From Vicugna vicugna (lineage: Eukaryota): a DNA stretch of 64,000 bases. The stretch lies in the NCBI GenBank assembly GCA_013265495.1, contig MU058017.1, forward strand, positions 443,919 to 507,918, written 5' to 3'. Under the pieces are notes generated by a model. It saw only the letters and a program-made list of their open reading frames with translations. It made no database searches and was not told the DNA's origin. Shown here in pieces: positions 47,504 through 60,546 of the stretch (position 1 is its first letter; each line of letters opens with the position of its first letter). The position numbers and the translations under genes were made by a program.

Positions 47504-50054
47504 AACTAAGATGCATGTTTAGTGCTCTGCACAGCAGCTTGTCATTGAAAATGATGGGATAGATTTTATGTATCAAGTACTGACACTTGTGTTGTACCCA
47601 CTGGAAACATATTAGCTGTTGTATGTTATGTGCTTCCATGATAACCTGCTTATTCAGATCAAAGTATTTCAGTATGAAAGATTATAGCTAATGAAAGTCA
47701 CTCACTCATATTGTTTACTTCAAAATATTTATAAATATGGGTTAAAGAAATGTCAATAATAACAATTACATACCGTATTTACTTGCATAATTTCCTCTGT
47801 ATTTGTCCAGATATTTTGTCACAGAATGTGGGGAGGAGTTCTGCAGTGTTACCCACCCCCCCAGTAAGAGGGGGACCAGGATCCAGGAACCAGGGTAGGG
47901 CTTTAGTCCAAGGCATATTTCTCCCCCGTCTGAGGCTGTGTCTTTTACCAACGAGTCCTATTCACAATTGCGTGTCTGGTGTCCCTAGAAGAACAAGAGA
48001 ACCAATCAACTGTAGTGTATTTACTAGTGCTTTCTCTCTGACTAGAACTGGAGAGACACTTCTGTGGGACCTAAGACAGTGCTCCTAAAGGAGCTAGCAA
48101 ATCAGCTGGGAGGCATGAGCAATAATTAACTGATTTATTCCTCAAGGGTTCTTTTTGCTTGTTTTTTTTTCCTGTGATTTTTATTTTTTCTTCTTCCCTC
48201 CATGTAATTTCAATTATGGCCCGACTAATATAAACACCTGGAAGTCATAAGAAAAAAATTACCCTCTCCCCCTATAACTTTCCAGTTTTGTGGAATGTTC
48301 ACTATCAATAGCAGTTATTGTATTTATATGCATATAATGCTCCCCTTCCTTTGCCTACACACTCAAATGATGATGATGAGGTTTCATCCATGAAGGGGAT
48401 ATCAATGCTTCTTAGTAGCCGTTGAACTTTGAAGAAATTTCCCTGTATAGTACCTATGCAAATCAGTGTGTTGTCTGATGTTCCAAAGTGAACTTCCCAA
48501 ATCCAAGCCATCCTTTATTTGGGGAAGGGCAAGGGGGAGTTTCAGAATTACATAGAAAAATAATTTTATTTTGAAAAATAATTTCTGAAGTTTTAAATTA
48601 AAAAATAGATGTACTATTTCCTGCTGTAGGTACTAAAATTGCAGGAAAAGAATTGTTTCTTTAGAAGTAACCTGTGGAAGAGCTATCTGGAATGTCAAAG
48701 GGCAATGACGGCCCATGCTTTTTATGTCACCCTGTACTAAGTATAGGAGTCAATACAAGTTTAAAGTGAAAAATAAATATTTTTCCAGGTTTTCACTTAA
48801 GTATATACTAACTGCTTCACACATTCAAATCTGGTCTCAGAAACGAAGCATCTCAGGCTGGCTAAGAGTCTGCTGCTGACACTGTAAGCCACTGAGGGGA
48901 AATAATGTGGGGCTTTGGTGGTGGAATCTTGTATCTCTTTCTAAAAATTAAGAGTGAGGAAATGAGGGGATAGGTACAGATGGGAAAATACACAAATAAA
49001 TACGGTATAAACACACATGGAATTGTGTCTATGTTAAATCTGAATCATTTTTAAGCAACAAGAAAATTCTCCTCAGCCTAATATCTCTTTTTCCCGTATG
49101 GTATACCAGCGCCATTACGTCTCCACTTCTTAAACAGAGAAATTAGTTTATCACCACACAGTTTCTTCATGGCTAACTCTATGTCAAGCTTTTCCCAGTA
49201 AAAAGATGTCCCACCAAACCTTCGTTTTCAAAGTAGACAGCATGGATGTAGTCAAATATCCTTTGGGTTGGTCTTAAGGATGCTGGTTTAGGACTGATGA
49301 CTACGGGGTCACATGGATCCACTGGGCTCTGACTGCTGAATAGCTGCATTGAAATGGCTTGGAAGCAAGTCAGATCAGCTGATTTGTAAAACTGTATTTA
49401 TCTGTACATGTATGGGCTTTTTATTTCCACCAAGAGAGAAAGTACCTCTTGAGTTAAAAACCAAACTTCACTTTCAAATACCTTCCAACTTATTTATTAG
49501 TTGTTACTCAATTGCCTTTGTGTGTGTGTGCGTGCGTGTATTATCAGGCATATGCTTCTAACTTTTAGATAGGGGAGGAGCAAAATATATGCCAGATTCT
49601 GTGTATTCTACAATGGTGCTAATCTCAGAGCTAAATGAATTACTCCATTTAATTTAAAAAAGAGTTTTAAATAATTATGTATCTGTGTTGCCCTTTTGAG
49701 TGTTGCACATCATGTTAACACATTTAGTGTAAAAGCAGATGAAACAATCACATGTTCTAAAGCCTAGGGATACTGCTACAATCCCTATTTTATTCAAAAT
49801 TAACTAGAACTTTTCCATGTGAAACGGACCAAACTGGCAATATTGTTATTTAAATACAGAGTTTTAATGCAGTATGACATCCCACAGGGGAAAAGAATGT
49901 CCATAGTGGGTGACTGTTCTCAAATATTTCACAGAATACCAAGAACAGTGAACAGACTGGTAACTTTTTTGAGTTTCCATGATAGATTTGAGACTTGTCG
50001 ATAGCAAATCATTTTTGTATTTAAATATTTGTACTGATCTGGAAAAAAAGTCTT

Positions 50055-50060
50055 ATTAAA
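50055..50060 (+). terminator. Distal polyadenylation signal ATTAAA
   Basis: ATTAAA with two TGTA motifs within 40 nt upstream and gtatgtttctcatcttgtt downstream. Confidence 0.6.
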
Positions 50061-50139
50061 TACCTTTAAAAGTATGTTTCTCATCTTGTTCATATCACTC
50101 AGCTAACTCTGTTTGAACGTCATAACTTTCTATCCCCCA

Positions 50140-50610
50140 AGGTGTTTATTAGCTGCTAAAACAGAGACCTAAATCCCAGCTTAACCAGAACGAGTATCGA
50201 TCTTTGACATACCAGCTTCAAGCATAAACAGGCTAGATTTCATTTGGTAGCTTCAGCCAGGGCCTCAGGTACCTTCTATTTTGTTGCTTTTTCACCCTGA
50301 GGTGTGGCTCTCATCTCCAAGGTCCAGGATAGCTAACCATCACAGCCACATTCCAGCCAGTGGGAAGGAGAAAAAAATCAGGAAACGGAGAGCATGATTC
50401 CTTCTTAAAGGAATCAACACAGCGGTTGCTTGGGCCTCCCACATCCCATGCTGCGAATTTAGTCACATTGCTACCGCCACCTGCAAGGGAGTATGGGAAA
50501 CTGAATATTTATTCAGGGCAACCACATGTCCAGTTAAAAATCAGAGATTCTATTAATACGGGAGAAGAGAGAACAGATATTAGGGAACAATTAGCTGCTG
50601 CATCTGTCAC
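50140..50610 (-). mobile_element. Old MaLR LTR (MLT1J-like)
   Basis: catcacagccacattccagcca...ttagtcacattgctacc...cctgcaagggagtatgggaaactgaatattt...tctgtcaca. Confidence 0.65.
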
Positions 50611-50954
50611 ATCCATCCTGAAAGGAAAAACTGCCACAGATCTCTTTTCTCCCACAAGAAACCCATCTTCAAATACTCAATTTTATCATACTTTGCCACA
50701 CCAGAGACAAATACTTTGAGGGGAGGTAATGGTGACTGGAGCTATAGAGCAGAAGCAGATCCATTTCAAGAACCTAAGGGTCTTAATAAGTATCACTGAT
50801 AAGGAAAGAATTCTTTCATGGTAACTTATCAAGCTCAGAGTGATTATAATTTATGTCTAGGATATTATAAAGAAGTTATTCAAATCATTTGACAAGCAAG
50901 TCTGCAGCACTAGTCTGTGACAGCTTAACTCACTTGTTTAAACCATCAATCTGG

Positions 50955-51146
50955 TCTTTTGTTGTGGAAGTGTAGTTGATTTACAATGTTAGTTTCAGGT
51001 GTACAGCAAAGCAATTCAGTTATATATAAACATACATACAAATTTTTTCAGATGTTTTCCATTATATATTATTACAAGAAACTGAATATAGTTCCCTGTG
51101 CTATACAGTACATCTTTATTGTTTATCTATTTTATATATAGTAATG
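50955..51146 (-). mobile_element. L1 3' end fragment with 17-bp TSD
   Basis: gaagtgtagttgatttacaatgttagtttcaggtgtacagcaaag...gttccctgtgctatacagta; ttaaaccatcaatctgg (50938) / ttaaaccaacaatctgg (51147). Confidence 0.85.
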
Positions 51147-54100
51147 TTAAACCAACAATCTGGAAGCTCAAAACCACAAAAATTCCATTCCCACATAGCA
51201 CAACTAGTTCTATTTCATTCCATAGCCAAAGACTTTTCCATAGCATGGATCAGTCATCTCGTGTGCACACACTGTAGGTCACAAAAGTAAATGGAAAGAG
51301 AGATACAGGAGACAGAGGCAAGAAGGAATAAGTGGTTGGAATTTGGAATGCTGGACGAGTGGGGCAAATCCATCATTATAATGGGTCTATAGAGTCCCTT
51401 AAAGGTAAAACAAAAGACAAAGTAGCCCCTACTTTGCACTTGATATTATTAGACAACGTGAGGGATACAAAAGCAACAGAAAATATGATCATTCTGTTTT
51501 AAAATGTCTTCTGTTTGGAAGACATCAAGATGTTTGTTAAACAAACTGATTTCCAGGTGATACACAAACAAGGGTGGTGTGATGCTGACTGGCTGCATTC
51601 GTGCTAGTGAAGTTCAGAAAGAGAAAGACCAAGCCGTGCCGCTCCCTTCCTGGGAAGGCCTCCTCTGACCTGTCTGCCGGAGAATTCCTCCTCAGCCCTC
51701 AGGACACAGCACAAGCATCACCCCCTCTTCTCTATTGCTCAGATTTAGTCACCATCCTGCCTTGTACAATCTCCCGTCCCTTCACTTTTCCTGCTTTGCA
51801 ACTGTACTGTTTGTCTCTCCTATTAGAGAGGGTGTAAAGATTCTTGAGAACAGGCACCTCGTTGTTCTATCTTTGCACCCACAGCTCATTGCAGAGTGCT
51901 GGTCCAGCACCAGGCTGTAGGGAAGAATGAATCTCTCAAGGCTGCTGTGGGAGGTAGTGTTAAACTCAATGTGAGGTGGGACTAAATCCAGATCTGAGAT
52001 TACAAGATTATACAGAAGATTATATATTCCAAGATTACTTAGAAGTCTACTGTGGGATGAAACAATCTCAGATAAGGTTTTTTGGACATGACATTTAAAG
52101 ACATCATCTTCAGTTGGATAGAATTTGGATGAATGAAACACAGGGCATCCCAAGAGGAATAGCCCTCTTCCTCTAATAGAGGAGGAAACTGACATTGTGT
52201 GTGTGTATGCATGTGTGTGTCTGGGGGGAAGGAGGCTGGGATAAGAGAAATGGCCTGACTAGATCAGAAGAGCTAGTCAAGGATCAGTAAAGGAAATGGA
52301 CTTAATAACCAAAGAAGGGTCAAGTGATATAAGGCTTTACATATAGGAAAGATATTTATATTTTATCTAATATGCAATAAGAAAACATTTTAGGTCATTA
52401 AGTGGGAAAATTACATGAAAATAAGTATTTTAGAAAAATTACTTTGATGATTCTATGGAGAAGGTAAGATACAAGTAGCAAAACCAGTGAGGAGCTCAGA
52501 ACAGCTTCAAACAAGAGTGGGATGATGGGTTGATGGTTAAGGGGGCCGAACCAATCTCAAAGTGAGAGTCAGACGTCAGAGTTTAAGGCCTACATAACAA
52601 TGGAGCTACTTCAAGGGCTAGCAAATGGAATGAAGAAGAAAGGAGAACTGAAGAGACAGTTGAAAGACTAATCTGAACCTGGGGACAATCCCAGAATGGC
52701 CTTATGAGGGAGAAGGAAGCTTGACTCAAAGGTAGTTTCCTCTCACTGATACACTTGGAAAACAGGGATGGTACCACTGACAGAATTAGTCTACCCGCGA
52801 GCCTGCTTCAGGCAGGGAAAGAAGAGGATGCTCAGTTTACGTACAGACTCATGGGATTTACCTGACAGCAGGAGATGCCTGTGCCCCAGATGTGCATTTG
52901 CTAGAAAGGTGAAAGGTGGAGCCATGAGCCTGGAGAGAGACCTAGTGGCCTGTTGTAATAAGAGAGAGAAAAGACTCACTTGAAATCAGTAGCACCATTT
53001 GCAGACACAAATGATTAAATTGCTTTAAAATGTCTTCCCTTACTTGCTGTAGGAATTTATTTAACAAATCCTTTCGTCATAGATACAGCAAAGGGAAATG
53101 TCATCTCAATTCATACGGAATTACAATGAATTCCAAATACACAGGGCTGATCAAGAGTGTAAATCAATCACGTTCTACTGTATTTCAGAAAAATTTTTCT
53201 CTTTAATGGTCCTTATGTCTCTAAAATTGCAAATGTTCGTGCTCATTTCGTATCACAGAAAAGAAAAATACCTACGGAGTAGCGTTAGAGTATCTTTCTT
53301 CTAGCAAAGATTTACACAGAATTTCTGAAGCTTTCATTTTCAAAACCAATATTTGTATCAGGATAAATTTTCTGCTCAAATTATTCTTTATGATGTCAAA
53401 TAGCTGTTAATAATTTTTATTGTTAGAAACTATTTTTGCTACTTCCTAGAGATAAGGGCAATGAAATTTAAATTTAAAAAGTGGGTCACATCATCCCATT
53501 TTAACCATCCATCCTGTTTTAACAAATTATTCAGAAGTTTCTCATGTGTGTTACTGAAACACAGAACCATCCAATTGAATTTTCCTTTGAGGCATCCAGA
53601 ACCTTTCCAGAGGGTTTTTTTTTTTTCCCCTTTGCTACTTTAATACAAGTAAAAATAGATTTTTATTAGATTCAAAAGCTCTTCTAAATTAAAGTTTATG
53701 ATTCTTGTGGAGACCTACAATTCACATACTTTGTTGAAACCACCAAGGCCTAAAAATTAATTTTATAATGATCACGGCCAAGTCAGTTCTCATCTGACAA
53801 GTGAGTGGCTGGCAGCAGCATTCACATCTGCTCTTCATTTGTGGGGTGAGAGACAAGAAGCGGAAGGCCGCTGGAATGCTTACCAGGCTCCAACTGGCCG
53901 CTACTAGTAGCTGCCTTTCTTCACCAAGGACAATGCCGTTCTTGTCATTTGTTCTGCCAGACCAGAGTCACCAACATAGAACAAGTTAGGAGAGGGTTCT
54001 GGGGCCAGACTCAGAACAAATCTTGGCTCCTCTGTTTAGAAGCTGTGATATCTTGAGTCAATTATTTAACGTCACTAAACTTCAGCATTTGCACCTGTAA

Positions 54101-54611
54101 AACAGTAGGTAATAACGGCACTTAGGAGGGTGCATGAAGTTGTCGGTAACGACTGCTACAGTTTACTGGGTGACAACCCTGGACCAGAAATGATTGAAAT
54201 AATTTTACGTATTAACTTACTTACTCCTTATAATACCTCTATTATTAGCCCCATTTTACAGCTGAAGAAACTGAAGCAAAGTAACTTGTCCAAGATCTAA
54301 TAAATGACAATGCCAAGGTTTTAACTCAAGCGTCTGGCTCCACAGTCCATGATCTGAGGTATCATGTCATATTGCTTAAAGGCAGGAGATACAATTGTCA
54401 GTTGCCTAAGAAGCAAACAACTGCCAGTGAGGGTTTAGAATATTAGCTTGCCTCAAAAGAAAGAGATGACCTCAGTTATTTCTTAGTCCTGACCAGAGAC
54501 AACAGAGACAGACGCCACCAGAAGACTGTATATTGACAGATGTCATGGTGACATCCTGACCCCTTAGAAGATATGAGGGCAGCTGGCTTTAAAAACTAAA
54601 GGGAACACCTC

Positions 54612-55352
54612 ACAACTATTATGAAACAAGACAAAACAACACAAAAAATAAGTGTTGGTGAGGATACGGAGAAATTGGAACCCTTGTGCACTGCTGGTGG
54701 AAAAAGTGAAATTGGGCAGCAGCTATGGAAAACTGTATGGAGGTTCCCCCAAAAATGAAAAATAGAATTACCATATGACCCAACATTTCCAGTTCTGGGT
54801 ATATACCCCAAAGAACTAAAAGCAGAGACTCAGATAGATATTTGTACATTCATATTCATAGCTGCATTATTCACAATATCTAAAAAGTGGAAGCAACCCA
54901 AATGTCCTTTGATGAATGAATGGATAAACAAAATGTGGTATATACATACAGTGGAATATTACTCAGCCTTAAAAGGAAGGAAATTATGATACATGCAACA
55001 TCACAGATTATCCTGGAGGGCAGGATGCTAAGAGAAATAAGCCAATGATGAAAGGACAAATATTGCATGTTCCACTGATATGAGGTGCCTTGAGAGGTCA
55101 AATTCATAGAGGCAGAAAGTAGAAGGGTGATTTCCAGGCACTAGCAGGGAGGCAGGAATGCGGAATTATTGTTTACTGGGTACAGAGTTTGTTTTGCAAG
55201 ATGAAAAGAGTTCTGGACATGGATGGTGGTGAGCATTGCACAACAATGTGATTGTACTTAATGCTACTGAACTGTACACTTAAAATTAGTCAAGATGGTA
55301 AATTTTATGTTATGTGTATTTTACCACAATTCAAAAAGTAATTAAAAAAATT
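54612..55352 (+). mobile_element. L1 (L1MA/MB-like) 3' fragment, about 740 bp
   Basis: aagtgttggtgaggatacggagaaattggaacccttgtgcactgctggtgg...ttttatgttatgtgtattttaccacaat; degenerate TSD aaaaactaaagggaac / aaaaactagaaggac. Confidence 0.88.
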
Positions 55353-55999
55353 AAAAACTAGAAGGACAACATCTGCTAATAGGACAAATCCCTGGTAGGA
55401 TTATGACCTCTGGCAGCCTCCCTTACCTCCAGGTTCACCACAGTGTTCGCCAAATGGGTAAAGAGTCTAAGCAGCACCACTGTGGTGGTCCAGAAACCAC
55501 AAGTTCCAGCCTCTCCCAGGGAGGCTCTGCAGATCACTCAGGGGACACCTACTGCACCTCCTCTGCCTCAGCGGATGTGACCTTCTAGGGACCTTAAGAT
55601 CCAGCTGCTGGAGGCAGTCTACCTTTACCCGATGAGCCCAGAGTGCAAAAAGGAATGGTTTCCTTTCTTCTTCAAACCTTAACATGCAATCTCCATGTCA
55701 ATTTTCTGGTTCCAAAGATTAGGTTTTTCCTCCTCTAAATGAGGCGATCTTTAGAGCTCATACATATTATATTCAAGAAGTGAATTTTTTTTATAAGTAA
55801 GTTTTATTTCAGCCACCTGACCTCACCTAGCCCTGTGGGGAGAAAGATGGAAAATTCATTGCCATTCTAAGCAGGGTACCCTGCAGCTGACAGGAGAGGG
55901 GAAGTAAGCATGGTTTCTGCAACTTACAGATCCCCGACGAACAAGGTCTCCCTCTCATAGCCAGAGGAGAAACACCGGTTCCACTGCAGGTTTTTTCTT

Positions 56000-56480
56000 A
56001 CATGAGAAAATGGGTCAGGAATTCACTTCTGAGGACAGAGTGGGGATGGTTTGTCTCTGCTCCATGATGTCTGGGAGGGAAATCAACAACTGGGACCTGT
56101 AATCATCTGGAAGCATCTTCATTTACACATTTGGCTGTGGATGCTGGCTGTCAGCAGGGATCTCAGCTGAGCTATGGGACATGTCCTTTCCATGTGGTTT
56201 CTCTGCGTGGCCTACCTTGGGCTTTCTCATTGTATCATACCTGGGTTCCAAGTGGGCATCCCAAGGGAGCAAGGTGGAAATGCATAGAATTTTTAAGATC
56301 TAGCCTCAGAAGCCACAGAATATCCTTTCTACCATATTCTCAGTCAAGGTGACAAATGCCTGCCCAGGTTCACAGAGAAGGAAGCCAGACCCCACCACTC
56401 AATGGGAGGAGTGTCAAGGTCACATGATAAGAAGAGCATGTGGGATGGGAGACACTGGTGGCCACCTTTGGAAAATACAA
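56000..56480 (-). mobile_element. Old MaLR (MLT1-family) LTR
   Basis: ggggatggtttgtctctgctccatgatgtctggg...aatcatctggaagc...gatgctggctgtcagcaggga...ctagcctcagaagccaca. Confidence 0.6.
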
Positions 56481-59400
56481 TCTGCCTTGTCCACCTGGGT
56501 GTTCAGCATCTCATCTATAGTGGATATTCACTGGTGGACCTGGACAAAGATCCATACACTTTTGCCCACCCCGTTAGTTCCCTTCACATGCCTCTTCTCA
56601 GATCTCTTTGCTATTGAACTTCAAATATTATATCTTCCAGACCCTTGACCCACTCAGCCACACAATTCACTATTGCTGAAATTCTGTGTTTATCTTTAGC
56701 TCAGACTATTACTCTCTCCATTCAAAGATGACTAAATGTACATCTGGAAGCTCTGCCCAATAGAAGGATTCTCCTCACCATTGTCCGTTAAGGCCCCTCC
56801 CCGAGTGGGACTGTGGTGCAGTAGCAGTCCATTTCCAGCTCTAATAACATATCAAGCCTGAACCAATCATGAATATTTCCTTCAACATCATCAGCAGGTC
56901 ATAGGGAACACTTCATGAAGCCATAGGTGTGAGTGAGGAATATAAGACAGAGATCTTTGCCACCTGTTCATGTAAATTACTTATGACTTCTGGACCTACT
57001 TAGACGTGATCCCATGTATACCATTTCTATTATTCAGTGGGTTGTTGCTGTATACACCCAACCTTGCAAAACCCAAGTCCAGAAGGGCAACTCTGATAAT
57101 CTAATCATTTGATGTCCCGTAGTCAAATGCTCAGTTTCTGCTAGAACTCAGTATCATGCCAGTGGCTGCTTTTTCAATGGTTTGTTTGCCAGAGGTATGG
57201 CTTTAGCCTAGTACCCTGGAGTTTGTGCTGCAATTCTCTTTTTAGGTCCTGCCAGATTCCACACAGCATCATCAACTATCACCTAGCACCTTGGGATCTG
57301 CCACATCATTATTAAATAAGAGGAAGAGGAGCTTGTATCACAGCCTAGGCCCACTGCTGAGCCCTCTCTTCTCTTGGCCCTGCTCACAACTGGCAGCCTT
57401 TCAACTCATCTGGTGAGTTAGAGCAGTATTTCCAAGTGTGGCATAGGCTGTAAAATCTAAAGAGGTGCACTAAACACTGTTTCTATTTCTTGAATAGGTA
57501 GTAGGTGCTAGGAGATGAAAGATACAATAACTTTTCCTCTTCCTTGAAGGGGATGCCCAGGTATGTCTCAGATATCCAGACTTCTAAAAATGTAATCAGT
57601 GTTGTAGGCCCCTGAATATTTATAATTTATCTCTCACCCTTTAGCTTGTATTTTACCAGGTCATCCACAGTACTTGCCATTTCTTCCTCCTCAGATCCAA
57701 TTAATACTATGTCATCAATAAAATGGATTAATGTTATGTTTTGAGGAAGAGTCAAATAATTGAAGTCCTTTTGGATTGTATTATGACAAAGATCAGGAGA
57801 GCTAACCAGCCCTGATTCACAGCTCTGACTGAATACAAACTCAATTTTCTCAAGTGAATGCAAACTGCTTTTGATCTTTCTTCCTGATATGAGTTGAATA
57901 GAACACATCGGCCAGATCAAAATCACAAAGCAAGTGCTACAGGCTGTGTTGATTGGTTCAGCCGAAGATACAACACCTGCTACAGCCTCTATGCCTGAAG
58001 ATACCATCTGATTACATTTACAGTCATCCGCCATCATTTGCCAGGGTCCATCTCTGGCTCTGAACAACCATACTGGTAAACCAAACCCCTTGCAGCCTTT
58101 AAGTCTTTTCATTTGGCATTAATCTCTGCAATTCCACTAGAGTGAGGCAGTGCTTCTGAGTTAGTATCTTTGCAAGGAGTAAGGTAAAGGGAGGCAGTTT
58201 CAGAGGTTTCCATGTGACCTTCTTACCATGAAGGTTCTTACTCCATAGGTCAGAGGATCAATGTGATGGCCCTACCAGCTTCTAAGTATATCCATCTCAA
58301 TTATGCATTCAGCAAGCAGAGATGACCATAAGTTGATGGACCCATTAAAACCACCATGAAACAGATCTGGGCCAGGACTCAATCACCTGGCTCCTGTATG
58401 TCCCACTCTAACAGTGGGTATGGTGGCAGTTTGGATTCTCTGTATCGATGTAGTTACCCTGTATTCAGTAGTCCTTGAAAGAGCTGGGTATTTCCCATTT
58501 CCTCAGTGTATAATTACTCCAAAAAATGGCCATAATTTCCTTTGGAAAAGGTATGAGTACATATCATATATACTGGTTGTGTCTCAGAGAACTTCCCCAG
58601 GGGGATCCAGATTCCCTTTAATCTAAGGACTCAAAGTTTGAGAACTGGCTCATGTCTAGAAACATGTCCAAAGATCATCCTTTTCCATTTTGGCAGTTAA
58701 AATCTGCCTTCTGCTTACCAGCTCTTGATTCTGCTGTTGTTGTTACATAAGTCATTAGATACCCTTATTAGCTGTCTATCTGTCTTGCCCCTAGGAGCAC
58801 CATGGTCTGTGAAACACCACAGATAACCTACATTCAAGGAATCCCTGACTGATGATTATATTCACTTTGCTTCTGATGGTTAAGTGCTGCCAACTGCTTT
58901 TGCTGTTCTGGAATTCTACCTTACTCACTGACTCTAGAGCATCTCCTACTGTCATCTCTGGCCTGGACAGGACAGTCACCACTGAGTCTCTCAACTAAGT
59001 CAGTGCCCACACACTACTGCAGTCTTATGGCTTTAGTGTAAGAACTATCTTCTGGGCCCTCTCCCAGGGGAGACAGTCAGCTGGTAGGTTCTCTGGTCTC
59101 ACATAATAAATCCGTTCTAAAGCACACCACTGCATCTCCTTAATAATCCTGATGTCTCCATCTCACTTACTATAGGTTACCATTATGTCTACGCTTGAAG
59201 CTGCCATCCCCACTGGATGCCAGGACTTGATAGGACATTAAATCATCAGCCACTGCCCCGTATTAGTAACCTCTCTCCTACCCAGGTTCACACACTGTTG
59301 GTCAATACTCTCAAGATCCATTACCTTATGAAATTTGTGGTTCCTGCTGAAATCTATGTCTATATCTATATCTATATCTATAGCCTTTCTTGTAGGCTGT

Positions 59401-60110
59401 ATCTTCCACTCTGTCTATACCGGGATCTAACTCTAATTACTGGTGAGGAAGTAATGAAGGGAGGTGAAGGTTCAAACATCACTAAGTGAGGCCTTGACTT
59501 GTCCCCAGGTAGTGAGAGGTCACTTTCCTCCAGCAAGGGAGAAGGGCCCCTTCTGTCAGCCCAGAAGGCTCAAGAATCTAGGGATTCTGGAAACTCAACA
59601 CAGCTACCCAAATGTCTCCATTTCATTCTCAGTCCCTCTCCTTCTTTTTTAGGACTTCATTTTAGCATAGGTAACACGACGGCCCGTGCATTCAATCTCT
59701 TTGCAGCTCTGCCACCCTTTTGATCAAACTCTGACCTGAATTTATAGTACAATATGGTCTCCGGTTGCAGAAGAGAAGGGCCTCTTTAAACACTTCTGGA
59801 TTTCTCAGCATGTTCAGAATTGATAATAATCAGTAACTCCACGATCTTAATAATTACAATTGCCCCATATCTTTTAAGTGTTAAAGCTAATGCACAAGCC
59901 AGGATTTCCCCTTCTAACTGTACTTCATCCTAATCTATCACAGGTGAGGGACTGTGTCCTAGTCATTGAGATGCTATAGTACATGAGAAGTTTTTTACCA
60001 TTCTTTTTACTGCTGTCAATTATATCTTTGTTAACCATCTTATCAGCGAGAAAACTGATTCCCAAATTTTGTCTTGAGGGTCTGTTTTCTAGGATATTTC
60101 CAATATCAAC
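56480..60110 (-). mobile_element. Decayed class III (ERV-L/HERV16-like) endogenous retrovirus internal region: gag-pro-pol up to RNase H
   Basis: Minus-strand translations: protease NTQLFQGLLNTG (58457-58492), RT LCHNTIQKDFNYLTLPQNITLIHFIDDIVLIG (FIDD at 57711-57722), RNase H KWTATAPQSHSG...WAEL (about 56750-56840). Many stops and frameshifts. Confidence 0.85.
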
Positions 60111-60520
60111 TATCTTAATTTAGGTTGCTTCCAAAGCAGACTCTGAGACCAGGACTTGGGTGCAGGCATATTATTTGGGAGGTGATCTCAGGAAGCACAA
60201 GTTAGAGAGTGGGGAAAGGATACAGGAAAAACAGAAAGGCTATAAACTGTGAAATGTGTTTCAGAATTGTGCCACCAAAGGATGGAGAATTTGGAGCATT
60301 ATCTACTAACACCTGTTTCCTTTGGTTTAGGGTTGCTCTTGGGAGCATTAACTTCGTTGAACCTTGGGCTGAACAAGCTCCTGTGGTGCCAGAGAAGCAA
60401 ACAGTAGGGATAGTCAGGGAGGGAAGTTGTTCGCATGATGGAAATGGTCTACCACAGCTGCAAGGAAGCTCAGTCAAGGGCCAAAGGAAAATGGAGCAGA
60501 GAATCAACAGTATTGCTTCA
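60111..60520 (-). mobile_element. 5' LTR of the ERV-L element (LTR16/LTR33-like)
   Basis: aaagcagactctgagaccaggacttgggtgcagg...tatttgggaggtgatctcaggaagcac; directly abuts the ERVL-type leader (minus strand gttgatattggaaatatcctagaaaacagaccctcaa). Confidence 0.7.
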
Positions 60521-60546
60521 AAGTCATAATGAAAGAAAAGGACAGT

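Larger units (their letters stand above)
47361..50080 (+). other. COL8A1: COL8A1 3' UTR (long form; end approximate)
   Basis: AU-rich sequence with no recognisable interspersed repeat after the stop. It ends at ATTAAA 50055-50060 with upstream TGTA motifs and a downstream T/GT-rich tract; an LTR begins shortly after. Confidence 0.65.

Noticed and set aside
52960..53030. Possible mir-29 gene
   Set aside because: Mature sequence is not colinear (halves swapped) and there is no complementary 5p arm to form a hairpin.
57627..58112. 161-aa ORF as a domesticated retroviral gene
   Set aside because: Only part of it is in the RT frame; surrounding pol has stops and frameshifts, and catalytic motifs are altered.
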